64,000 nt of DNA. Source: Nemertoderma westbladi (Eukaryota > Animalia > Xenacoelomorpha). The position numbers and the translations under genes are program-made. Position 1 is the first letter of the stretch. Every line of letters starts with the position of its first letter. Location: positions 1 to 64,000 of the forward strand of contig JAUCBJ010008361.1 of assembly GCA_032718475.1 (NCBI GenBank), written 5' to 3'. Under the pieces are notes generated by a model that worked only from the letters and a program-made list of their open reading frames with translations, searched no databases and was not told where the DNA came from. Below are positions 34,157 to 45,475 of the stretch, in pieces.

Positions 34157-34311
34157 TTCTACTACTACTACTAGGATCGGCATGCTGCATTGCAGCAGCA
34201 TTTTTAATAATGCTGGGCCAGCTTTTCGATAAAATTGCACCGCCACAACTCCCTATCACCCATGACATTTGCTAGATCATCCGCATCTTCAAGGCCAGTG
34301 TCTTTAAGATG
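34157..34311 (-). mobile_element. 3'-end fragment of the RTE LINE with (TAG)n tail
   Basis: Reverse complement matches 37415-37564; sits inside the last unit of the 51-bp repeat. Confidence 0.85.
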
Positions 34312-35022
34312 GACCCTGTGGTACCATTGTGAAACACACTACTATTAAATGGGGGGCATCTGGAGTCTGTAGTACCATTGTGAAACACACTACGATTAAA
34401 TGGAGGGCATCTGGAGTCGGTAGTTCCATTGTGAAACACACTACCGTTATTAAATGGAGGGCATCTGAAGTCTGTAGTACCGTTGTGAAATACACTACCG
34501 TTATTAAATGGAGGGCATCTGGAGTCTGTAGTACCATTGTGAAACACACTACGATTAAATGGAGGGCATCTGGAGTCTGTAGTACCATTGTGAAACACAC
34601 TACGATTAAATGGAGGGCATCTGGAGTCTGTAGTTCCATTGTGAAATAAACTACCGTTATTAAATGGAGGGCATCTGGAGTCTGTAGTACCATTGTGAAA
34701 CACACTACGATTTAATGGAGGGCATCTGGAGTCTGTAGTACCATTGTGAAATACACTACGATTTAATGGAGGGCATCTGGAGTCTGTAGTACCATTGTGA
34801 AACACACTACGATTTAATGGAGGGCATCTGGAGTCTGTAGTACCATTGTGAAACACACTACGATGATTTAATGGAGGGCATCTGGACTCTGTAGTACCAT
34901 TGTGAAACACACTACTACGATTAAATGGAGGGCATCTGTACTCTGCAGTACCATTGTGAAACACACTACGATTAAATGGATGGCATCTGGACTCTGTAGT
35001 ACCATTGCGAACATTGTGAAAG
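34312..35022 (-). repeat. 51/54-bp minisatellite, about 14 units
   Basis: Unit TGTGAAACACACTACGATTAAATGGAGGGCATCTGGAGTCTGTAGTACCAT; minus frame reads FHNGTTDSRCPPFNRSV. Confidence 0.92.
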
Positions 35023-35249
35023 GGGATTTCTAGAACAATGATGGCAGGTAACATTAGTGTGCCTAGAAGGCACCACCAGGACAATAGACTTATATTTCCA
35101 GAATATTCCTACCTTAAATTCAAATTAATCAATACATAGTGCAATTAATGTGTGCAATAAATGCAATATAATTACATAGATAATACAATAGATATTAAGT
35201 ATGTAATATAAAGTCAGACAGAACCTTTCTCAATTAGCTACTGGTTCAG

Positions 35250-37564
35250 CGGCTACTGGCTCTATACAAGACTGTAATGCATTTACACTTCGACCCTTCT
35301 CCAGTGATCACCGCCTTATTGTGGCCAAGGTAAGACTTAGTCTGCGTGCTAGCAGAACAACGAAATCTGCCTTGCCACGGCATGACTGGTCCTCTCTGTT
35401 GCAACAGCCAAGTGTGAGATCCAGCTTCACACTACAGCTGAGCAACAGGTATGAGGCTCTTGCCTCTGAGGCGGCAGATCACTGTGAGGGCTATACTGCC
35501 TTTACAGAAGCAGTTAAGTTAGCAGCTGCAGAAACAGTTCCTGTATACCCTCGAAACAGGAAAAGGGCCCCCTGGACTGACAACAAAATTCAGAAGTGCC
35601 GAAATGACCTTCATAAGGCGCAGAAAGAGTCCCGACTCAAACAGACTACAGCGGCCAAGAATGCAGTTAAAGCTGCATCTAGGTCCCTGAACAGGCAGTA
35701 CTCTGTTAATCTACAGGAGCTAATAAACCAACAGGTTGATGCCATCAATGATGCTGACGACAGCAGGCAATCATCCCAGGCATGGAAATCGATCAATCTG
35801 CTTACTGGGCGGAAAAGCCAACCAACCACCAAGGTTAAGGCTGAATCACCAGCCGATCGCCTCAATGGTTGGAAAGCCCACTTTGAAAAGCTCCTCAATA
35901 ATGACAGGGTATTGCCTGATAACTTTATAGAAGTAAAAGTGTCTGAGTCTGTACTCCCAGATATTCCCATTGGCGATATCTCCTTTGCAGAAGTGAAGGC
36001 TGCTGCAAAGAGCATTAAGACCAATCGTGCCAGTGGAGTAGATGGTGTTCCCCCTGAGGTCTTTAAAATACCTGAGTGTTTAAAGCTCATCTATCCCATC
36101 ATAGTAGACATGTACCGTACAACAAGAGTCCCACAAGAAATGAAAACAAATAAGTTGGTGCCAGTTCCCAAGAAGGGCAACCTAACACTCTATGGTTCTT
36201 TTCGGGGAATCTCATTGATCTCGATTGCTGCAAAACTATACAATAGAATTCTATTAAATCGCATCAGGGATCCCATTGAGAGACTGCTACGTGGAAATCA
36301 GAATGGGTTCCGTAAAGGTCGTGGGACCATGGAGCCCATTTTGGCACTTAGAAGGATAATTGAAGAGTTATCAAAAAAGAAAGACAGGCATCTGGCTGTT
36401 ATATTTGTTGACTTCTTCAAGGCCTTTGATTCAGTCTCTCGCTCACGTATGTTCAGCATACTTTCATTATATGGGATTCCTGATGAAATTATTGCAGCAA
36501 TCAGATCAGTATACGATGGTTCGACAACATTTGTGTCTACTGTTGATGGTGACACAGAACCATTTGAAGTGTTATGGGGCGTCCTCCAAGGAGACACACT
36601 TGCACCATTCTTGTTCATTATTGTGGTTGACTATGTTCTACGCATGTCCTTAGATCATCATAATGATGATGGGGTGATGATAACTCCACCTACTGGCTCC
36701 AGAAGTCGAGGAAATCCTGCCAAGTACCTAACTGATCTAGACTTTGCTGATGACTTAGGAGTACTCTCAGAATCATTAGAGGGAGCCCAGCGGCTCCTCA
36801 GCTCATTAGAACATGCTGCTTCTAGTGTTGGTCTTTTTATTAACTCCAGAAAGACAAAAATTCTGACAGTTAACTTTGAAAGTCCTCAGCAAGTCTCTGA
36901 TCGGATGAGCATAAGCTCAAAGGATGGTATGCTTGAGCATGTGGACGACTTCTGTTACCTGGGATCATGGATCCGGAAGTCAGGTGAGGACCTTCGAATA
37001 CGTAAGGGAAAGGCATGGGCAGCCTTGAATAGGCTTTCCAGGATTTGGAAGTCACCTAGAATTAATCGGAAACTTAAGGTCCGATTATTCAGAGCAGCAG
37101 TAGTTCCAGTACTCCTCTACGGGAGTCCATGCTGGGCTCTAACTGCTGAGGACACCAAATCTCTGGATGGCACATTCACAAGAATGCTACGCCGGGTACA
37201 TTGTGTCAAGTACAATGCACACATCTCCAACCAGACACTATATAACATTGGAGGTGTCTCATTGGTTCCCCCAAGCTTGACACTAGAACAAAATCGCCTC
37301 CGCTTTGCAGGACATTGCTTTCGCCGTGAGGACCAGCCAGTGCATAATCTTGTACTTTGGCAGCCTCATGGAGTGAATAAGCATGGTGGACAGCCCATGA
37401 CTTTCTTGAGACGCATCTTAAAGGACACTGGCCTTAAAGATGCGGATGATCTAGCAAATGTCATGGGTGATAGGGAGTTGTGGCGGTGCAATTTTGTTGA
37501 CAAGCCGGCACAGCATTCTTAAAAATGCAGCTGCAATGCAGCATGCCGATCCTAGTAGTAGTAG
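35250..37564 (+). mobile_element. 5'-truncated RTE-clade LINE
   Basis: TSD TACTGGTTCAG (35239-35249, 37565-37575); (TAG)n tail; long RT ORF. Confidence 0.9.
35321..37522 (+). CDS. RTE-type reverse transcriptase ORF (N-terminally truncated)
   Basis: Preceded in frame by the SDH end of the AP endonuclease; FVDFFKAFDSV, GVLQGDTLAPFLF, LDFADDL, YLGS. Confidence 0.92.
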   Translation: MAKVRLSLRASRTTKSALPRHDWSSLLQQPSVRSSFTLQLSNRYEALASEAADHCEGYTAFTEAVKLAAAETVPVYPRNRKRAPWTDNKIQKCRNDLHKAQKESRLKQTTAAKNAVKAASRSLNRQYSVNLQELINQQVDAINDADDSRQSSQAWKSINLLTGRKSQPTTKVKAESPADRLNGWKAHFEKLLNNDRVLPDNFIEVKVSESVLPDIPIGDISFAEVKAAAKSIKTNRASGVDGVPPEVFKIPECLKLIYPIIVDMYRTTRVPQEMKTNKLVPVPKKGNLTLYGSFRGISLISIAAKLYNRILLNRIRDPIERLLRGNQNGFRKGRGTMEPILALRRIIEELSKKKDRHLAVIFVDFFKAFDSVSRSRMFSILSLYGIPDEIIAAIRSVYDGSTTFVSTVDGDTEPFEVLWGVLQGDTLAPFLFIIVVDYVLRMSLDHHNDDGVMITPPTGSRSRGNPAKYLTDLDFADDLGVLSESLEGAQRLLSSLEHAASSVGLFINSRKTKILTVNFESPQQVSDRMSISSKDGMLEHVDDFCYLGSWIRKSGEDLRIRKGKAWAALNRLSRIWKSPRINRKLKVRLFRAAVVPVLLYGSPCWALTAEDTKSLDGTFTRMLRRVHCVKYNAHISNQTLYNIGGVSLVPPSLTLEQNRLRFAGHCFRREDQPVHNLVLWQPHGVNKHGGQPMTFLRRILKDTGLKDADDLANVMGDRELWRCNFVDKPAQHS

Positions 37565-38499
37565 TACTGGTTCAGGGGACTCACTGACCGAACCAGGAGG
37601 ACGAGACAATGAGTGAGACCCACTTATAACATATAAAGTGCACATATGTGAGAGTGTGGGAATCCAATGAGAATAAGAGAGTACAAAGAGTTGAGTGGTG
37701 AGAAGTGTGATGTCTGAGAGAGTAAGAGAGGATAAGAGGTGAGGGGTGCAACATCCGGGAAGTATGGGGAGCGAGTTGTGGATGGGGATGAGTCCTATGG
37801 GATTAATGAGACATGTAAGAAGTGATGAAGTTGGGACCCAGCGGATCGGATCCAATGGCACCCAATATAAAATTGTGCGACGAAGGGGCGATTATAGAGA
37901 CGCCACATACCTTGGCACCCCTTAGATCGCAGGAGTGCCAAGGATGTGTAGTGAGATCAGATCCTGTGGAACCAGATTGGGAGACAGAGAAGATAATCCC
38001 ATCCCACATCCAATACTAGATTGGATTCCACGGATTGGAACACACTTTACGGTAGATGCAATCTTCTGACCGGGAAGATAGCATGGGGGGGGGGGGGCAA
38101 TTTACTAAGTTGGCGATTAAGGCCAACCAAGGGATGATGCAATAGGGTTAACCAGGAGGTGAATTAACTATCAACCTCGGTAGGTAGAGGCTAGCAGAGG
38201 CCTAAGTGGGGCAGGTTTATGGCGTGATAAGGTAGCCGCCAATGGGAGGGCTGTGTGTGTCAGCTTAAGCTGTATCGACCAGAGGCCAATGTTATGTGTT
38301 AGCCAACGTGCAGTGTATTTTCCCCTTTATATTAACTGTCATGTGCTTTATGTGGTTATTTGGCAAATTATTCAGTGACGGACGCGATGAACAGTTTTCG
38401 CTATCATCCGTAACTAAATACTGATTATCTGTGCTGTAATCAATTACTGGTAAACTATAATATTCCGTTATCACTATTAATAATCGAACATCAGATAAC

Positions 38500-39937
38500 T
38501 ACGGAGCCCCTAAAGGGACATGGGTTTCCCCCTTTTTTTCTTAGTCCGGCCCGGAGATACTATCTCAGGCCCGGAGATACTAAGTCCGGCCCGGTGATAC
38601 TATCTCAGGCCCTGAGATTCTAAGTCTGGCCCGGAGATACTATCTCAGGCCCGGAGATACTAAGTCCAACCCGGAGATACTATCTCAGGCCCTGAGATAC
38701 TAAGTCCGGCCCGAAGATACTATCTCAGGCCCGGAGATACTATGTCCGGCCCAGAGATACTATCTCAGGCCCGGAGATACTAAGTCCGGCCCGGAGATAC
38801 TATCTCAGGCCCGGAGATACTAGTCCGGCCCGAGATACTATCTCAGGCCCGGAGATACTATCTCAGGCCCTGAGATACTATCCGGCCCGGAGATACTATC
38901 TCAGGCCCGGAGATACTAAGTCCCCCGGAGATACTATCTCAGGCCCGGAGATACTAAGTCCGGCCCGGAGATACTATCTCAGGCCCGGAGATACTGAGTC
39001 CGGCCCGGAGATACTATCTCAGGCCCTGAGATACTAAGTCCGGCCCGGAGATACTATCTCAGGCCCTGAGATACTAAGTCCGGCCCGGAGATACTATCTC
39101 AGGCCCGGAGATACTCTGCCATCTCATACAGTTGCTATAGTTTATGGGGTAGCTGCTTGTCATACTCATATCATCTCATTCAGGCCTTTGTGAGTGACCG
39201 TGGCCTATTTGTTTCGGTTTACATACACCTCTGTTGCAGTTTAACTTTACGCGGCTATTCAGCCATTGCCTCCAAATAATATGGAATGTTCTTATTATTG
39301 GTAGTTCATTTCTGTAGCCGTAGAAGGGTATTATCATTAAGTAAATGCCCGTTGGTAGGTCGGCTTTTATTCAAAGGCACGGGGTCATGCCTCCCTCCAG
39401 ACATGTAATTACTTTGTATTGTGCTAATAATACTCTTGTGTCTCCATATTAAATATCTCACAAATTGAAATGTGAAACTTAATTTCCATGTTCCCGTCAA
39501 GATGTCTGTACTTGTAGAACAGCCATTGATCTGGTATTAACCCAATTAGCTGATTGGCTGCAATTTGTTTCTGTGGATTGCTGTCAGCGCTATAACATCT
39601 ATGAACCTGTTCTGTATTTGTATCTCCGGGCCTGAGATAGTATCTCCGGGCCGGATAGTATCTCAGGGCCTGAGATAGTATCTCAGGGCCTGAGATAGTA
39701 TCTCTGGGCCGAGATAGTATCTCCGGGCCTGAGATAGTATCTCCGGGCCTGAGATAGTATCTTCGGGCCTGAGATAGTATCTGCGGGCCTGAGATAGTAT
39801 CTCCGGGCCTGAGATAGTATCTCCAGGCCAGACTTAGTATGTCCGGGCCTGAGATAGTATCTCCGGGCCGGACTTAGTATCCCTGGGCCGGACTTAGAAA
39901 AAAAAGGGGAAACCCATGTCCCTTTAGGGGCTCCGTA
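38500..39937. mobile_element. Non-autonomous foldback-like TIR element, IS3EU-like
   Basis: TIR TACGGAGCCCCTAAAGGGACATGGGTTTCCCC; 6-bp TSD GATAAC (an 8-bp AGATAACT reading is also possible); subterminal 20-bp GGCCCGGAGATACTATCTCA arrays in opposite orientations. Confidence 0.85.
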
Positions 39938-40126
39938 GATAACTCTTAATTTATCAGGCCTTCTGCCACTCAGTATTCCCTAAGCGGTGACGCTTAGGAA
40001 ACATCATAAACTCAACCCGGTAGAAACTTTTATACCAACTTTGTCATATCAATTAATAATAGCCTTCAGTCTTTTACAACACACATATCTAATATGTAAT
40101 AATGCTAATACAAATTTATTTATTAC

Positions 40127-40270
40127 CTAGGCAAATCTGTGGATTGGCAGTTGATGGTATGAATCCAGCTTTACAATCACATTGATAGCTCCCCTCATTG
40201 TTTGTACAACTTCCAGTTGTAGTGGCACTTTCAGAGCATCCGTGAGTATTAGCAGCGCACTCATCTACAT
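40127..40270 (-). CDS. Host exon: calcium-binding EGF domain (not in the ORF track)
   Basis: CAG acceptor and GTAATA donor; 144 bp, phase 1-1; DVDECAANTHGCSESATTTGSCTNNEGSYQCDCKAGFIPSTANPQICL. Confidence 0.88.
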
Positions 40271-40807
40271 CTGTTGATTATTATTTATATTATTGTGATA
40301 ATAAAAATAAGCCACGAAGAAGGACAATCATAAATAAAAAAACTAAGTTCTTCAACACCCCCCCCCCCCCCCCCCCTCGGGATGAGCCTCCTTTGATTGA
40401 CACAGTTAATGGTCTAGTACAAATGTCACGTTTCAGCTAGAAAGGGTTTAATGCAAAGAGATCTGAGTATATTTAAATGTCTAGACATGTAGCCCTCTAG
40501 CGAGAGACTGTTGATTTGGGTGTCTGAAAGTCCCCAAAAAATTTAAACTTATGGTCTTATTGATACCTACTGATTTTCGACTCGACAGATTTAATTCCGA
40601 CGGAATTATAAGTAACTCAAAATCGTAGTGATGACGATGACAGACAGTACCATTATTGAATGAAATATTTGCCATAATTAACCTTCGACCCTAGAATCAG
40701 TTCGCAAGCTGTCCGCCAACTTCGTGGCTCGGACCCCATACCCCATGCTATAAATGTATTAATTTGATATACAATCATATATTAATCCGCTAGGTGGTGC
40801 AAAAGCA

Positions 40808-40946
40808 TGGGAGTCAATGCTGTGCTCTAACTGCCGAGGACACCAAATCTCTGGATGGCACATTCACAAAAATGCTACGCCGGGTTCATTGTGTCAAGTA
40901 CAATGCACACATCTCCAACCAGACACTATATACAGTAACATTGGAG
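40808..40946 (+). mobile_element. RTE fragment, left part (right part at 59457-59705)
   Basis: Matches 37120-37253; the family sequence resumes at 59457 after the inserted LINE. Confidence 0.78.
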
Positions 40947-41075
40947 AACGAATGTGTGTTATTTTTTGAGGTATTACCGGTCCGCTGATTAACTGAGCAC
41001 TATGTAGCACTGTTACTGCCGTAGGCCTACCTACTGCAACCAACATACATTTTACATACTGACCGCGGTCCTACA

Positions 41076-41992
41076 ATGCCGAGCCCCGGCTCCAGTTGAT
41101 ATCGATATTCATCTATGTCTATAACACTTGACGCGGTTTACCGAGAAATAATTGAACTACGCAAAACTAGTGAGGCGAATTATCTGAACCTGCAACACAG
41201 CATTGATATATCTAGAGCTGCAAGCGAAAGCACACGCAGGCAGATTAACGAACACCAACCAGTTTCCTAAACAATGACTCTGAACACCAATATCGACGCA
41301 GATGCAACATTCTGCTACACGGTATCGAAATTCGTTCCACAGGAAAACCTGAGGATGTCCGAAACATCATTGAACCTATCTTGGGGTCACTAAAAGTCTC
41401 CGACGGATTGAAGTCAGTAGATGGTTGTCATCGACTTGGCCCTCAACGCCCTGGTTCTAAACGACCACCACCAATTATTGTTAAGTTTAAGTACCATTCC
41501 CCGCGTTCTGAAATATTTTCAAATATCAAACATGTTCCTAAAGGCGTTCAGATTAGCGACCATCATACGATTTATCGCTCGCGTTTGCTAAACTTCCTTA
41601 GGAAGATCCGTGCGGATGGTATCATATATGGCTGTGGCTCACGTAATGGCAACATTAGCGTACAGCTGGCCGCAAAATCTCGACACATAAGGATTACGAC
41701 CTTCGAGGACATCGAGGACGTTCTGGGATCAAAGAAACCTCAATCGCTCATCATCCCCGACACATACGAGGAGATTCGATCCTGCATGGATCTCCCAGTT
41801 AGCGAATCAATCTCTGGGGGGACAGGGGGTGAACCGCAAACATCTCGTGACGACGAGTCGACAGCTGTTCCAGTACCGAAGGACAAGGGGAAGAAACAAC
41901 GCGTCCAACTCAGCCGATCTCGAACCGGTCTACGATCCCACCCCACGTCGACTGACAACCAATATATTTCCCTTGAAGAAGAATCCCAATAG
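41076..41992 (+). pseudogene. LINE ORF1 (RRM-type), 5' part disrupted
   Basis: NILLHGI...CHRLGPQRPGSKRPPPIIVKF...ISDHHT motif order is typical of CR1-group ORF1. Confidence 0.75.
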
Positions 41993-42374
41993 TAATTATA
42001 TTATTCATTTAATATGCAGTCTTATGTATTTTGTCTGTCTGCCTTAAGATTGATTAATTTAGAAAGTGTAACTGTTATGCACTCTATAGGTTTATGATCT
42101 GCAATGTGTCGTCTATATTTAGGTTTATTATTCCACTTTTATCGTCCTAAATGTGTCTTACATCACTGGTGTTTCTACTACATCTTAGTTCACTATTTCA
42201 TCTTTCCTTGCTTCATGTCAGGATGTTGAATGTCATACTCGAACTAATATTTCACTCTGCTTCATTCAGAATAACAAGTAATTTCACAATAATAATATCC
42301 TTTCATTTTCTTTCATTATATTTCATATTAATTTCTCAATTTCTTTATTTCAAACAAACATACGAACAAGTTGG

Positions 42375-44234
42375 TTGTGGGCAGCCTATGGCCTTCACAT
42401 GCTACTTTCGTCACTTATAATGCCCCAGCATCACCCTACCCCACTACCCCATCCCCCTTCCTGTACCTTCTGTTACTCGATAGTATCCCCCACCGAAACC
42501 TCCTTAAAGTGCTCACTATGTCAAAATTTATATCACTATCCTTGTGGGACCTGTCTCGATTTAGCGCATTTACCATTGTCTAACACAAATTCGATCCTAA
42601 CATACTGTATATACTGTTACTTGGATATTTTTCCTTTTAATAATGTCCCTAACTCTGATACTGATATTTTTTCTGACGGGGCCGAGGACACTAATTCAAT
42701 AGACTTTTCTGCTTCAAATAATCAATTCAAATCAATTGACCCCGACAGAAATATAATATCTTCCATCAATAGCTCTGACTACTTTAACACTGACTCTTAC
42801 AACTCCCTTCTAGAACAAGCACAGCACAATACAAACAAAAAACCACTTACTGTGTTTCACCTTAACTGTCGCAGTCTCAATAAAAATATACAGGAAACTT
42901 CAGACTATCTGGATTTATTAAATAAAAAGTTCGATATACTTACATTCTCTGAAACCTTTCTTACAGATAATACAGACCTTTCACAGCTCCAACTGGATGG
43001 ATACTACAAACCAATAATTAATAATAGACAATACGGCAAGCGTGATAGGGGAGGCACCGCTATTTACATAAAACAGGGAATCCAATACTCAACTGATGTT
43101 AACTTTACTGTAGATGGGTGCGAATCCTCTTGGGTACTGCTAACAGCAGAGAGAGCTAACCGTAAACCTCTACTTCTAGGAACGCTGTACCGCCCAGACT
43201 CATGCACTGAATCCAAATTCTCGGACGAACTTAATAATTTACTTACTAAAGTTACATACTCGAAATACGACACAATTATAACAGGGGATATCAATATTGA
43301 TACCTTAAAACAAAATTACAAAACAAAAACCTATAACAATACATTAGGCACTTACGGATTCCAACAGCTAATAAAACAAGCAACGAGAATAACACCTTAC
43401 TCAAAAACCTTAATTGACCACATATCCACCAATATAACCGATAAATTTGTTACAGCTGGTGTTTTTCTAGCAGAAATGGGAACCTCTGACCATTTGGCCA
43501 CATTTGTTGTTGTCAACTCTTTTGACGTTTATCTGTCCGAAACTGAAACTCCTCGATCAATTTATGATTATAATAAATTTACTAAAGATAAATTCTTATC
43601 TGACATAAATAATCCTTCAAATTGGACATATAATGATGACGCTATTTTGAAAGAAGAAAAATTCCAAGTTTTTTACAACAATTTTAATTTAATTTGTGCC
43701 AACCATTTGCCGAAAAAAACAATAAACCCGAAATTAATTCCGAAAAAACCATGGATGACAACTAACTTGGTCAAATGTGTAAGGAGGAAAAATAAACTAT
43801 ACACTGCTTTCATCTCAAACCCGTCGGATACAAATCTTTCACAATATAAAACCTACCGAAACACTCTCACAAAAATTATGCGTAATGCCCAAAAAAGTTA
43901 TTACGAAAATGAGTTTCTGAAAAATCAAAACAATAGCAAAAAAACCTGGAAAACAATAAATACGGCACTACATAGATCCAAAAAATTATCGTCCCCCGTG
44001 AAAATCAAGATAGATTCAATAGATTCAACTACAACTGATAAATCTATTATTGCTAATATATTAAATAAACACTTTGCATCGATTGGGCCGCAATTAGCGA
44101 GTAAAATACCAAAATCACAAAGGCAACCAACTCGTTATGTAAAAAATAATAAATTTAATTCTTTCTCACTCATAGAACCCAGTGAAACTGAAATAATATA
44201 TTTTTTGTTAGATATCGACAAAAATGTCTCAACT
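42375..44234 (+). pseudogene. LINE ORF2 part 1: PHD-like Cys cluster and AP endonuclease
   Basis: CTFC...CSLC...H..C...CIYC; HLNCRSL, FSETFL, LYRP, GDINID, LIDHI, SDH; cut by the C insertion. Confidence 0.88.
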
Positions 44235-45458
44235 TGTAAAAGCTTTTGTGGGATAACTGATACGTTTGCCTTTGCTGGCCAGTTCCCCCCCAGTCGCTAG
44301 AATACTCTCAAAGGGATTTATAACTAAAATAGTGCAAGCTACCAGCTTATTGGCTGATGTGCTGTACGGAGATATCTGGGCTCAGTTTAATCGGCCAACT
44401 AGCTTAGAGAGGTTGCCTTAGCCTTGCTGTTCGTGTCAGCCAATAGAATTTGCGTAGGCGTTGATTTCGACCTATCCCAGCGCTACTGAACTGAATTTCC
44501 TATCTCACTGCTCATCCTCTGTGTTGAACGGGGCTTCGTGGAATAAGAGTTTTTGGTATACTCGTATAGTAGTAGTAGTTATATGATTTTATATGATTCT
44601 GTTGTTGTGTTCCCATTTTTCGCCATAACACCGGCTTTTTGGGAAGAACTCTAGTAAAACTGCTTAAATTATCGAAAGTATAAACTGTTACCTAATTAAT
44701 CAAACCTAACTCCCGAATCACCGAATCTTAACATACTCACTTAATTTAACTGCATTAATCATATTGTTTGTACTGTTATTTTACTGTCAGTTATTAATTG
44801 TACCTATTTGTTGATGGAAATATTGCTCTTTGGATAATACGGATAAATCACCCAAATTCCCAATTTTCTTGATACACTACAGGTTAGAGAGGCGGGCTAT
44901 ATATACAGTAACAATTGCGATTTATATTAATGTGGTGTGTATTGAATCTAATGTTATTTAGCAGACCCTACATGAGTCAATTGCTGCTCTCTTTATGTGT
45001 GATCAAATATACTGACGGTCGGCAGAATAGTGTGTATGATTGTGATTGGTAACAAAGTATTTCCTAAAGAATACGCTTTATACTTTAATCATAAGCAGTA
45101 TCGTTGCGTTTAGTATAAGTCCTAGTTCTGTTTAAATAGATAGAGCGCCACGTCCTAAAGGAACTGTTAATATTTCCCGAAAGCCAATAATATCTGTCAG
45201 GAATTAATTATTAACGATCTATCGAATAATACAGTAAGTTTACGCTGCAACCTTACACTGCAATAATAAAATTTAAGCATCCGAATTCAGCCTCCCGGGT
45301 GTAGATCCATCGGGTGAATGATCGCGCAAGGGCTGACTTCGGCTAATGTTTTGTGTATTAGCATAAATTGTTGTCGTATGCTAAAGGTGTTTTAATTAAC
45401 TAAAAGACACATAAATTTTGGCAGGTTAAACTGCTAAAGGTCTTCAAAAGCGCGAACA
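44235..45458 (+). repeat. 5' LTR of copy C (1224 bp)
   Basis: Direct repeat of 54975-56193 plus CAGTA at 44906-44910. Confidence 0.96.
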
Positions 45459-45475
45459 GTAACAGTTATACTTTC
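45459..45475 (+). promoter_or_regulatory. PBS-position sequence of C, complementary to its own LTR
   Basis: GTAACAGTTATACTTTC pairs with GAAAGTATAAACTGTTAC at 44674-44691 (17 bp, one bulged A). Confidence 0.75.

Noticed and set aside
37576-38290. Possible decayed LINE or coding fragment
   Set aside because: Composition looks coding-like, but I could not read a diagnostic motif.
38545-39115. CRISPR-like 20-bp array
   Set aside because: Head-to-tail repeats without unique spacers; they are subterminal repeats of a TIR element.
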